Origin: Antedon mediterranea
Lineage: Eukaryota > Animalia > Echinodermata
DNA: 64,000 nucleotides
Direction of reading: 5' to 3'
Assembly: GCF_964355755.1 (NCBI RefSeq)
Contig: NC_092675.1
Span: 7,745,812-7,809,811 of the forward strand
Shown here: positions 12,847 through 24,815 of the stretch, piece after piece
Numbering within the stretch: the stretch's first letter is position 1
How the letters are laid out: each line of letters opens with the position of its first letter
Notes under the pieces: model-generated
What the model was told of the DNA's origin: nothing
The model's database searches: none
The model's input: the letters and a program-made list of their open reading frames with translations, nothing else
Translations under genes and position numbers: made by a program

Positions 12847-13820
12847 TAACAATTGCTATACTGTAGTCCTTCTCTAGTGATATTTTATATTATAAAATGT
12901 ATTCCAGTAGTATTTAAGTCTCAACATAGGGGAATTACTTATCTTAAATTCTCTATGGTCTGAATTATACAATGTTATGTTAATACTGTGTGATGATAGA
13001 TATTGAATATCAATATCACAATATTTTTATAGGATAAATATTGTATGCATGACCACCAACAAAATTCATCTATTGTTGTTTACATTACAGCAATGTTTAA
13101 TAAATACTGTATATTAATTATTATTTAAAAACATCATGGCCATAGTCAGCATGAGACAGAATAGTCAGCATGAGACAGAATAGTCACCACCCACCCCAAT
13201 CCCCCCCACACAGGTCGTCGTATTTTGTATTAATAATTATATTTAAAGCATCTTTGCCTCGTCTGTTTTTAACCTTTTGCTACCGCCTGCTTTGTTCTAG
13301 CTGATGTGTGGATAGAGTGAGGTTTTGAATGGAGTGGTGTGTGAGTCAGTGGGGTCTGGGCTAAGGTAAATGTCTATGGATGGGTAGAGCTGAAGATTCT
13401 CTTCTTGAATGCTAGTTGACCTGTTTTTGCCAATTGTATAGTGTAGGTAGGCCTGTGTCTATCAAAGATGTTGTTTCTCTCTGTTTGCTATCCATGTTGT
13501 GATCAGGCTTATTGTACTTTTGGTCACTAAGTGCAATTTTAGCTGGTGTGTGATCATTTAAGGGTGTGTGGCGCAGTGTGTTGGACGTTGGATTACTGAT
13601 CGTGAGGTTGTGGTTCGAATCCAACTCTTGCTGCATTGCACTTTACTTACCTTTGCCTCTCTCTACCCATGTGTATTAAATGGGTACCCAGTTTGGATCA
13701 AGACACAACTTTGCGCTGATTACTAGCTTTATATGATTGAAAATGTTCATCTGGTTTGTAGGTATAAGTATATTGGAAATATTCTTTTTTCCAAACCAAT
13801 AATTAGTAAAAACTAACCTT

Positions 13821-13856
13821 GACAGTTTCGCTGTCCTGATCGGACAGCTTCTTCAG
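13821..13856 (-). ncRNA. Minimal type I hammerhead ribozyme motif (Penelope pLTR), copy 1
   Basis: CTGAAGA-a-GCTGTCC-gatca-GGACAGC-GAAAC-T-GTC: CUGANGA core, 7-bp stem II, GAAA and GUC cleavage triplet. Confidence 0.75.
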
Positions 13857-14007
13857 AAATAATGACGATCTATCATCAAACAGACTGACCTCTAGAGGGC
13901 CTATTCTGTTTAATGACAGGGTCATACACGTGACTGAGTTGTTTGTAGGTATAAGTATACTGGAAATATTCTTTTTTCCAAACCAATAATTAGTAAAAAC
14001 TAACCTT

Positions 14008-14043
14008 GACAGTTTCGCTGTCCTGATCGGACAGCTTCTTCAG
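14008..14043 (-). ncRNA. Minimal hammerhead ribozyme motif, copy 2
   Basis: Identical to copy 1, 187 bp away on the same strand. Confidence 0.75.
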
Positions 14044-14674
14044 AAATAATGACGATCTATCATCAAACAGACTGACCTCTAGAGGGCCTATTCTGTTTAA
14101 TGACAGGGTCATACACGTGACTGAGTTGATGGGTGCCCTCGTCTCTGTAGATGATTTGGTTTCCTCGTCTGCGGATCCAGATGGCTTCTCTGATGCGTCG
14201 GTTGTTTGTATCTGGTTCCCTGTCGATAATTTTAGGTTGTGTCCAGTCTAATATGTGATTTAACTTGACGGCATGATCTGCTATAGCTGATTTGCTCAGT
14301 TCATTTTTTGATTCTCTATGTGATTGACGAGTGAAGTTCTTTCTCTGTTGGGTTATCTTTTCTGTTTCTTTTCTATGTTCTTTTAACCTTGTGCCAAAAA
14401 ACAACGACCCGTTTCTCCAATGTAGGTGTGATCACAATTAGAACATGAGATTTCGTAGACGCAATTAGCCACTTTCAATTTGTCAACTTGGTCTTTTGGG
14501 TGGACAAGTAGTTGGCGTAATTGAAAGTGGCTAATTGCGTCTACGAAATCTCATGTTCTAAAATCATCAACAGAGACGAGGGCACCCACCAACTCAGTCA
14601 CGTGTATGACCCTGTCATTAAACAGAATAGGCCCTCTAGAGGTCAGTCTGTTTGATGATAGATCGTCATTATTT

Positions 14675-14710
14675 CTGAAGAAGCTGTCCAATCAGGACAG
14701 CGAAACTGTC
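14675..14710 (+). ncRNA. Minimal hammerhead ribozyme motif, copy 3 (inverted pLTR; sense to the NIM1K intron)
   Basis: CTGAAGAAGCTGTCCAATCAGGACAGCGAAACTGTC. Confidence 0.72.
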
Positions 14711-16393
14711 AAGGTTAGTTTTTACTAATTATTGGTTTGGAAAAAAGAATATTTCCAATATACTAGCTGTATAGTATTATGGGAGTATGTTTCCATACGT
14801 GTTTTGTCCAAAAAAATGACCTGTGTAATAATACAGTATTTACAGTGCTTTAGAGGTTTCACAACATTACAGTAGGTGCTTTATAAATCCAGGATATTAT
14901 TATTATTATTATTATTTAAACGAAGTTTTTGATGACCATAATGTCAATCTTTGCTGAAGCTAAAGAAAACAGTATTACTTTAATAGTGTTAAGATGTGGA
15001 TTATAGTTTAGTTATCATATATTCGTTGTCACTATACAAACTTTGATCTCTCAACTGTTACTGATAAGTCATTGTTTACTGATTATATAAAAAGGAGATT
15101 GGTATCGTATGATAATACTTGGCGTCGTCTTGTTTAATTCAGTTCTTTTACATACATCTGATTATATTAAAAACATGGCAAAATGCAGCCTTTAGTAGTT
15201 AAATGTGACATTGTTATTTGACAGTGTTATACAAGGATGCCCAATAGTCTCGAAAGTAATATCGACTGTCTCTCTGTTTCATCATTTCAAGTACTGTTCA
15301 GAAAATATATTTGATCCTTTTGTTGAATCATATGGTACTTTATCACTGAAGATTAGAAAGTTTATTTCAACATCATTTCTTATCACCATCATCATTAAAA
15401 AAAATTTGTGTCACAATTTATTATGATTGAGATACAGTAAATCCATATTAAAATACCTTTGCCTAGGAGATGATATTTTGTCTGTGATATTTATCTCTAT
15501 GTTTGTTAGGATAACGTAAAAACTATAACGTTTAAATCACAGATAGGTACTGAAGGTTAATGAAAACTTAAATCATTAAATCTCGCATTCCAGTAATCTG
15601 GACCAGGATTCCAATTCTGGATCACTTTTTATAATTTACTGATTGTGGAGTCAGCCCTCGGCAGAGGTATTGTATGTACAGTAACCTCTGACTGCTCTTG
15701 TTTAAATATAACAATTGTGTACCTGTAGTGTCAGGGAGGGAAACTTCATGTGATGTTGGTTTTTGTTGACCGACGTAAAATTATTGGTAAGAAATGTGAG
15801 GGAGGAGAAGGAGTAAAACTATTGAGGTTGGTTTCCCCATTTCGTATCATCTTAAATGTTTCTTTTACATAATTTAAACATGTTTTAAATCAGTCAGTTC
15901 AGTTCATGAATTAATGAATAATGAAAGGAATTCTTAATGTACAGTGCAGTATGTCTTTCTTAATTGAAATGGGTGTGCTACTATAGGGTAGGAACACCAC
16001 AACATCAGCACATTCAACATAAACTTTTACTACGACTCCTCCCTCACACTTCTTACTGTACCAATAGTTTTGTGTTAATCAAAAACAAAATATACAATCA
16101 CTATAATCAATACTACATGAACATTATTTTTAGGCAAGTTTTGCAGTAAAGCCCAGAGTATCTTCTACTTTAGATATTTTTCTAGTTTTTAATTGAACAT
16201 TGTTTTGTCTTGTTTGCAAATGCAAGGCTATTTTAACTCACAAGCAATTACGTTAATTTTTGTATATTCTACAAACTATCGCTATTTACTAAAATGTTCC
16301 TTCAAACGAGCGATACTCTATCAATTTGTTTATAATTAGGCTACGTCTGAATTAACGTTCTTTCATGCTTATTACAATATAGCGTGCATTCCG

Positions 16394-16407
16394 GTTGCCA
16401 TGGTAGC
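16394..16407. promoter_or_regulatory. RFX X-box candidate
   Basis: GTTGCCATGGTAGC, near the GTTGCCATGGCAAC consensus. Confidence 0.4.
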
Positions 16408-16616
16408 CACTTGTAGTCGTCTTGGTATGTTGATTACAATAACTTGGCAATCTGCAAATACCGCTTGTACCAAATGAAGAAATCATAAGGACTAGTAATC
16501 AATCTATGTAACCTGACCAAACAAATTCATGTAATGAACCTTCGCTTTATTATATAATAAAACCTTCAGTAAATTATAATTTTAAAGTACAACTTTGCTT
16601 CTGTTGATATCACATA

Positions 16617-16942
16617 TTTGTTTGTTTGTTTGTTTGTTTTATCTTTATACTGGGTGACCTCTTCAGTCAAAGACTGATCTCCCAGAGGGCCCAGTTGGTG
16701 ATCAGTGGCTGTGATGTACTACTACACCGGGGTAACCCCCTACTCGTCTTGAAAGATGTACTAGGTTCTTTAAAGTGCACACGAGCAAGTTGTGTACACT
16801 GGACCTACGGTTTATAGTCCTTATCCGAGAAGACTCGTTCTACCACCAGAACCATGGAGTGAGTGAGCCTCGAACCCCTGCCGATGTTTATGGCTACGTG
16901 ATTACGGTTCCACTGTCTTAACCGCTCGGCCACTCACTCACC
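16617..16942 (-). mobile_element. tRNA-derived SINE with Deu/Nin-like core and (AAAC)n tail
   Basis: Minus strand: TGGCCGAGCGGTTAAG (A box), GGGTTCGAGGC (B box), CTTCTCGGATAAGGACTATAAACCGTAGGTCC...TTTAAAGAACC...GAGTAGGGGGTTACCCCGGTGT. Homologous copies at 55460-55790 (+) and 41930-42352 (-). Confidence 0.8.
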
Positions 16943-19900
16943 AAAAAACATAACATAATGTTTATAAATAACTATAAATTCACTGAGGACTAATCTATAT
17001 AGAAATGAAGACAACTGTTCTTTACTAAAATACAAACTATTTTAAATTTCAAACTAGAACTACAATTTGTTTTATGAAGTTAATTAACACTTTTTTGTTG
17101 TTGCTAATAATAGTAATTACATGCATGTTGTCCAATAGTCTCTACACTAATTGACTGCCTCTCTTGTTTCATTGTCTGATTCACCACGTCTATACCACGT
17201 GTAAAACTGCTGCAACATTTTAAGAATACTATATTTTGCTTTTTTCATACAGCTGTGTAAAGTAAGTTTATAGATTTGAGAACAGGGTAAAAAGTTGATA
17301 AACATTGGTCCGCAGGGAATGAGAAAACATTTTTAACCCTCTGTGATCAGAGAATTTGATTACTTAAAAAAATATTCCATGCTCGAATATACTGTAATCC
17401 CAACCTCAAATTCATGTTTGCTTTTACTCAGACATGATGCGATATTAAATTCAGTATCTATAGCAATAAAGATCAACTTAGCTTTGGCTAGCTTCAAGGT
17501 CGATTTCGGAATTCAAGAATTCTCCTATCGTTTTTAAAGTTTGTGCTGTTTTCACGAAGGTACGAAAAGAAATTATGATGGTAATACGCGAGATTGGTTC
17601 GACAAGAGGGCGCTGTATTGGAGGTGAACTACTGTAAAATTCTTCTTTTTGTAATTGTTTTTGTTCGTGGAAAAGGGCTACTGTCGGGTTTATCCATAAG
17701 CGGCACTTACAGACTACCATTGCACCAACACCATTTCTGGTTTACTGTATGTATTTGAGTAAATAGTCACACAACCCTCTGGTAATGTTCTACAAATGTC
17801 TTAACCAGGCCCGTTGAACTATTACGATGGATCAGTAGGTATACTTGTGTTAACTCTGCCTACTGGACATTCTTTAGGCTTCATTACTTTTCAATGTAAT
17901 TTCTCTACTGTACAGTGTAATACTGTAACTTACTTATTTCCAACATCCTACAGGTACAACAATCTAGATTTCCTAATATACTGTAAATATTATAACGCTT
18001 TCCCCAATTTCCTTTTTGAGGATCAATAAAAGTTATCTTATCTTACAACTAAATGTTGTTTTGGGGAAAAAATTCACTACAAGTGCAGGGATACAGTATT
18101 ATTTTAATAGATATTGGCAAGCATACACCACCTTAAGATCAGTTACTTAATTTTGTTAGATAATTATGTTAAAAAATGCAATTACTAGGTTTAGATAATA
18201 TAATGTCATCTCAATCTCAGTTTTTTAGATTTACTCATGTAGTAATTGACTATCACATTTCTGTGATGTATAGATTTGTGAAATTTATATGAAATTTGCT
18301 GTCCTTCGTAATCACAATATCTAATTTAAATCCTACTGAGTGGAATGAATGTTCTGTTCTTAGATAATAAAGTTATCCAATTTTCTTAATACATCACTAC
18401 TGTACTTTTTGAATTTCAATTTAGTTTTAGAGTCTATAATTTGTAATATATTGATTGTACTGTTTTGCAAGATGTTTTATCTTCTGATAGGACATATAGC
18501 TGTTGGTTCTCTTCAAGAAGAGTCTATGGAATACTAGTCTCCATGTGGGTTCATAGCGGGCATAACCCGAATTTGCACAGTTTTCATCCTGAGGACTATT
18601 ATAATTGCTTTATGATCTTTTAAGTTTTAATATATAAATAAATTAAATAAATGTGAATGATAACAAATAATTGGAAGTAGGCCTACTTTTCTCTGTTTAA
18701 AAGCATTGTCATATTATTTTTTTTTAAATAATTGAATTATTGATATTTAAATGAGAATTTGCTCTCAAATCCTTACATGTACAGTATAATTTAATAAAAC
18801 ATCTTGATAACAATTTTAAATTATTTTTGTCTGTATTTTGTTTAAAAGCATATGTTTGTCATTTATTAAAATAATGTTCTGCATTGTATATTCACTTATA
18901 AAAGGTTCTTTGACATTTGATAAACTCTTATTTTCATAATGAAAAGTATGTTTGAAAAATAAAAAAATCATAAAAAAGGATCTTTGTTGGCATTAAAAAT
19001 TTTATTGCAAAGACAAAATTTACTGTACAATTTAAACTCGACTGATATGCAGTGTTAATATCGCATAACTAGATATACACAGTGCTTATTAATTACTTAT
19101 GCACGTTGGCCAGTTTTTGTATTTCACTTAATTATCTGTACAGGTCTTGTTTTATTTTGTGTGATTGATGTTTACTATACACACGCATAAGGATGGTCAC
19201 TACGTTTAATACTACTTTTGCTTGATTCAACGGAACACTTTTTTTTTTCAATTTTTTATGGCGCTATAAAAGATATGACTGTTCACAGGCAGTAATAGTA
19301 TATAGATGACTTTATTCATTTGACCTTAAGGCTTCTGTAATTTAACTGAAATGTGTATTTTATAATAATGCATTTGTAAACTATACTGTAGGGTTATTAA
19401 CTGTCTTCATCAGGTTTAATTTATATTTTACTCCGAAACATACTACGTAGCAATATGAATTTATTAGATTTTTTTCATATTTTGTATTTATGAGGATATT
19501 ATTACAATTTAATGGACTTCGGTATTGATTTAATATTCGTCCTCAATAAAAAAAAGATAATGCAATTAAAAATTACAATATAGTAAACAAAACAAAACCA
19601 CAACAAAAAAAATTATTTAAAAAAATATAGAAATTTATTAATTAAATAAAATAAAATAAATGTGACCAATTAGTTTTTAATGTTTTAGTATTATATGATT
19701 TATAATAAACTACTGTGGTGTGCAACATAAATAAAACCGAATTTTTTTATATAAACTTGATAAAATGTGTTTATCTACAGTATCTGTTTTCAAAGTGTTA
19801 ATGGTTACTGTTGTTATGGTAATAACAAAAGAAGTACTGTATAGATTCATGAACCCTAGTATGTCTGTACTATAAAGCACTACTGACTACCAAATCCACC

Positions 19901-21873
19901 AAAATCACTGATTTGAACGTTTTAAAAAAAAAACAATTTTAAGGCAAAGTACAGTAGTTTTAATAGCAGAAGAAACAATTAAGGCACATAAAAAACTAAA
20001 AATACACTAATTAAAAGTGTTTTCATCATAAAAAGTATCATTTCCAAATCTAAACAACATATTGTTGATGTTTTACATCACATTTTACATCCAATTACTG
20101 ACAACAACATCTAAATTAATGCATTGCTGACATTTACAATTCTTTTGTTTATTTTTTTACAACATTCAGTTTTCACTGTTTCACAATATCGGTTTTTATT
20201 ATGTTTTTCATTGTAAATATTTTATGAATGCATTACAATTTTATTAGGAAAGTTATTAAAATCTACTGTAGTAATAATAATCTGCAATTTTATTAGTTCA
20301 CATAAATATATTTATTCTTTGACAGCAAATACATGTTTATGTTAATTCGAGTATCTTGCTTTTGGAAATATATTTATATTAAAAGTATATTTAATTTTGA
20401 ATTGTTTTTTTTTTCTGGTGGAATTCTAGCCTTAAAGCCCCCTGGGCTTATTTAAATTTCTCCAGCATAAGTGCACTCTACTTTAAAAAAAAACCTCTTA
20501 TGTTATTATTACATATGATTTCATCTTATGAAAATAAAATTGAATTGAAAAAAAAAGTTAAATTCTCCCTTCCCTGAGAAAAATGCCATTTGTCAGATTG
20601 TCACAAACTTTGGACATTTTTATCAACTATACATTCGTACAGTTAGTTCTAAACATCTATTATTATTTTTTAAAAAGCTATTTAGATTAGAATTTAATCT
20701 CTTAAATTTACCACTGCAGTGCAGTTATAAATATAGCATATCTGCTATAGATTAGTATAAACAGTAACACTGTCAATAAAACAAGAGCTGCAATCATTGG
20801 TTTTGTCACAACAGTAAAACAAAATCAATGGTCTTTACTTCAATAATAATAATATTAATTGGTATTCTTATATTGTAGCACCTAATACGATGTTTCTAAG
20901 CAATTTACACACAAAATGATCTTTAACATATCCTAAGATAACCAAAAAACAAAGAAGAAAAGCCACAGAGGAACCACACTGATCCATTCTCCAGCAGATC
21001 ATCCTATTTGCTGCTTTTACGATTTTCCAATACACTGTACAGTATGTTAAATTGTACCTGTTTTTATATGAGCAATGATGTTCCGATCAATAAAGACAAT
21101 TTGAATTTTAATTATCAACAAACAAACAAGACAATAGCCGTGTACAAATTAGGAATATTTAATTTTCCTTCCATCTATTTGGTATCCTTGCAATTATCAT
21201 TAGGATTCTACTGAAAACAATTGCTTGTTTAAAATATTGATTGTTTTTATCTTTGGCCTTGAATCATATCACATGCTGGCCATTTTTTCTCCGATTTTAA
21301 AGATTGAAGTTATTATTTTAGACTGTCAGATTTTTGTAGAAGATTGTTGTTCTGCAACCCACCTAAAAATAGACTACACTGTCTGTAACTGCTCTGCCCC
21401 ACAGGCCAAAATCTGATCATTGTATTTGCATGGCCCACACATTGACATTCAATAGAGAATTGGCAAATAATTATAAATATTAATGAAGATTTTGTATTTG
21501 TTTAAATAGAAATAATATTTTCATCCGTTCATTCAACTCTTCAATTGTGTACTAGGAAAGGCAATTGCATCCAACCTTCATTGCATTACTACATATGACT
21601 GTGTTGGGTTGTTTATTCAGTCTTATATTAATACTGTATTACGAATTCAATGGTCAAGTTACACTGTGTTTTATTAGCTGTGTTATCATTTTAAGGGGAA
21701 ATATTAAATTTCCTAGACTTAAATTAATGCCACAAGCTTCGTAAATATTTCATGATAACTTTCTTTTAAAGTTCGTCCTTTTATAAAACTGTAAAAAAGA
21801 GAACAAACTATAAAAGTGTATTTGTTATATTTCAGAAGTCATACAGTGCAATAAACATTTAATGTAAAAAAAA

Positions 21874-23943
21874 GGGTAGTAACAAAGTGCAAGGCAGCGA
21901 GGCACGCGAGGCAGGGAAGGCATGCGAGGCAAGTCAGAAATTTATGCGAGGCATTGTTTTACCATCATCAAAAAATGCGAGGCATCATTTTATCATTTTT
22001 CAAAATTGCAAGGCAGGAAATCACCGAAATTGAAGTAGCCTGCCTAGGCCTAGGCCCGCTAGGCTAGTTTCCTTTTGCACCTGCCTTGTATTTTAACCAA
22101 CTTTATCCTGAATACCACAGCTTAGAATTAGTAGGCCTACTTTAATGAAGAAAAATCACATAAAAGTAACAATAAATCCATTAAATTGGTGATTTTACAG
22201 ACGTTGTTTTTCTCGCATTTCGCACATTCAATGTTCAATATTTTGGTTTCTATGGAACGCCAAAAGAGCAAAATTAATTAGAGGGCTAAAAACTCTGTGG
22301 AATCCATTTATATTTAACGCATTATTTGGTGAAAATCAAGTACAATTTCAATAGATTTTGTCACTGTCAGTAAGGAAAAATGTTACTGTTGATAATGTAC
22401 ACGGTTTCGTTAACCTTTTAAAGAATAAAATAGAAAAATTCATCATAAATATCCTTAGTAGGATGTCCTAGGTGGTCTAGAATGGGGAGTGATGTTGATT
22501 TAGGATCGATTATTATTCTTTGAAAACAGAACAGTATCAGCAGTAACATATTACAGCATTTTTATTGACAAATTAACAAATATATTGAAATAAAACGTGT
22601 TTTTCACCAATAAATGCACGAGAAATTGACGCATTCCACTGAGTTTTAGTCCTCTATTATCGTTGCTCTTTTGGCGCTCCATAGAAACAAAAATATTGAA
22701 CATTGAATAAGTGAAATTCGCGAACAGTGTGCGAGAAACACGCCTGTAAAATCATTAATTTAAGGATTTATTTGTTACTTTTTATGTGATTCTTTCATTA
22801 AAGTACTCATGAGGTATACTTCTAAGGTGTGGTATTCACACGATAAAGTTAGTTATCAAATTTGGAGTAAAAATACAAGCGAAGGAAACTAGCGCCAGGT
22901 TTATTAGTACGTACATGGACAACAATAAATAAAAATCGTTCGTAATATACCTAGCTTACTAAAACAGGAATAGTGTATCATTATTAAATATTACACCGAC
23001 TATTATTATATCAAAATTGATTAAATTATTTTCTACATAGGCCTCTTATCTAGGTTAGGGCTAAGCATATTAGCTAAAGTTTAATTTTAGGCCTAGTATT
23101 ACAATTGTCGGACGTAAGTCTTTTTTCACACGCGCTCCAGAATTCTGTCGCAATTTTTTTCTTTGCGGCATGTTATTGGATCGCCATATCGGTTACCTTT
23201 ATTCACCGCCAGTTATTGAACTTGTCCTGGCAATCGCTGTTCACCTTATTTGCGAGAGAGGTACACGTGTTGTTCCTAGAGAATGGAATACCAAAAATGT
23301 CTTTGGCACGCCGCTCAGAGAGAAGTCTGTGCGTTGCTGCTGCTGAAACCACGTGCTATAGGAGGAGGGGAATGCACCACAATCCTCTGAGCTGAGGGAT
23401 GAATCATTCCGCTACCTGCTAACTAGTAAAGAGGGATTTTCCATCTCTCGGGTCTACCGGATCTAGGCGCAGGGGTGTGACAAAATATTATTTTCACTCT
23501 GCTATGTTCGAGAGACATGTGAGTGAACACGCTCGAAATGCCAACAAACATTGCAGTCATTTGATGAGTGTGTCGCTATAACAATTATTGTTTATCGAAA
23601 GTTGAAGACTGTCGTTCAGATTTTTGAACCGTAGTTTGGGCACTTTTGTAAAAGTAAAATTTGACAAGATATGACTTGAATGAAAAAACAATCGTTACAT
23701 AAAAATAAACAACATGATGAGTGTATACACGAATCTATTTAGATACGCTTGTATCGATTGATTATTAGGCCTATAATATAGCATAATAGCACGTTAAGAT
23801 ATGCCTCGCACCTTTTTGAAATTGTAAACTATATGCCACGCATGCCTCGCACTTTTGGAAATGATAAAATGATGCCTCGCACAAATATTTGGCATGCCGC
23901 GCTTGCCTCGCGTGCCTCGCTGCCTCGCACTTTGTCAACACTC
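21874..23943. mobile_element. 2.07 kb Mutator-like non-autonomous element with an internal foldback
   Basis: TIRs GGGTAGTAACAAAGTGCAAGGCAGCGAGGCACGCGAGGCA and TGCCTCGCGTGCCTCGCTGCCTCGCACTTTGTCAACACTC, with repeated GCGAGGCA subterminal motifs. 9-bp TSD TAAAAAAAA at 21865-21873 and 23944-23952. Confidence 0.8.
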
Positions 23944-24402
23944 TAAAAAAAACATAGTAAGCTTTTTTCCAAATAATTCACATTAAGTTTATTATTATCA
24001 AGCATGTAGATGTCTTCTATTGTTTGGAAAATTATACCCAGAAAAAGATCTGCCACAAGATATTAAACAGGCTTTACTTCTTTACTATAGAGGAAAAGAT
24101 TATGCATTTATCATTCATAATTGGCATTTAGTTTAAAAAACTGATCAATTATTAAGTCAAATTATTTGTTTTCTCTCTATTATGTCACAAACATTAGAAC
24201 AAGGGACAAATATCGAAAATATCATGTATCTTGTAGCTCTTGCACAGGAATTCAGAAGGACCAAAGCGATCATTAATCACTTACAAACTAAAAACACAAT
24301 GTGTAAACCTAGATTCATGTAACAGATCATCTTCTAAACCAGGTAATTAACTTAGCATAAACATGACGTGTACTGTAAAAGGAGGATGGTAAAGCCAAAA
24401 TA

Positions 24403-24815
24403 TATAGAGTGTCACGGTGCTGACGTCACGACGATAGGTGGCGCTGCATGGTTGCTAGCGCCAGAGCCATATATATGGCTCTGGCTAGTGCAACCAAAAA
24501 TGCATTCAACCTGCCTCAGTGACTACAAGGTCACCAATGGTTTGGAATAGACTTCTTGAAGTAGTAATTTTTAAATTTAATAATTTTTAATAAAAACAAA
24601 CTAAAATTTCAAAATATCACTAAATATTTGTTTTTAATAATCTATTTATTCTTCAACTACAGTTTAAGTAAAAAAAATCAAGCTAAGATACATAATTTGA
24701 TAGAAATACAGATCATCAACATTTATCAACATGGTAGCGTTAAACAAATTTTTTGGTTGGCTAGCAACCATGCAGCGCCCTCTATTGTTGTGATGTCACA
24801 CCGTGATACTCTATA
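24403..24815. mobile_element. MITE with ~60-bp TIRs
   Basis: TATAGAGTGTCACGGTGCTGACGTCACGACGATAGGTGGCGCTGCATGGTTGCTAGC and GCTAGCAACCATGCAGCGCCCTCTATTGTTGTGATGTCACACCGTGATACTCTATA. Confidence 0.8.

Larger units (their letters stand above)
13729..14760 (-). mobile_element. 5'-truncated Penelope-like retroelement: GIY-YIG endonuclease remnant, tandem pseudo-LTRs and an inverted copy
   Basis: Minus strand 14520>14063 reads LRQLLVHPKDQVDKLKVANCVYEISCSNCDHTYIGETGR(frameshift)FGTRLKEH...KSAIADHA...RRIREAIWI. 187-bp direct repeats at 13754-13940 and 13941-14127; inverted copy at 14519-14760. 8-bp TSD TACTAGCT at 13721-13728 and 14761-14768. Confidence 0.9.
13562..14916 (+). mobile_element. tRNA-derived SINE (Meta/V-type core) split by a Penelope insertion
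   Basis: A box TGGCGCAGTGTG, B box GGTTCGAATCC, core TTGCCTCTCTCTACCCATGTGTATTAAATGGGTACC. The 3' half resumes at 14761 and ends in (ATT)n. Collinear with the intact copy at 26945-27235. Confidence 0.8.

Noticed and set aside
17360-17745. Coding remnant on the minus strand with FIAIDTEF (DEDD exonuclease-like motif)
   Set aside because: A single short motif amid stops and frameshifts, with no supporting motifs or splice structure; cannot be supported without a search.
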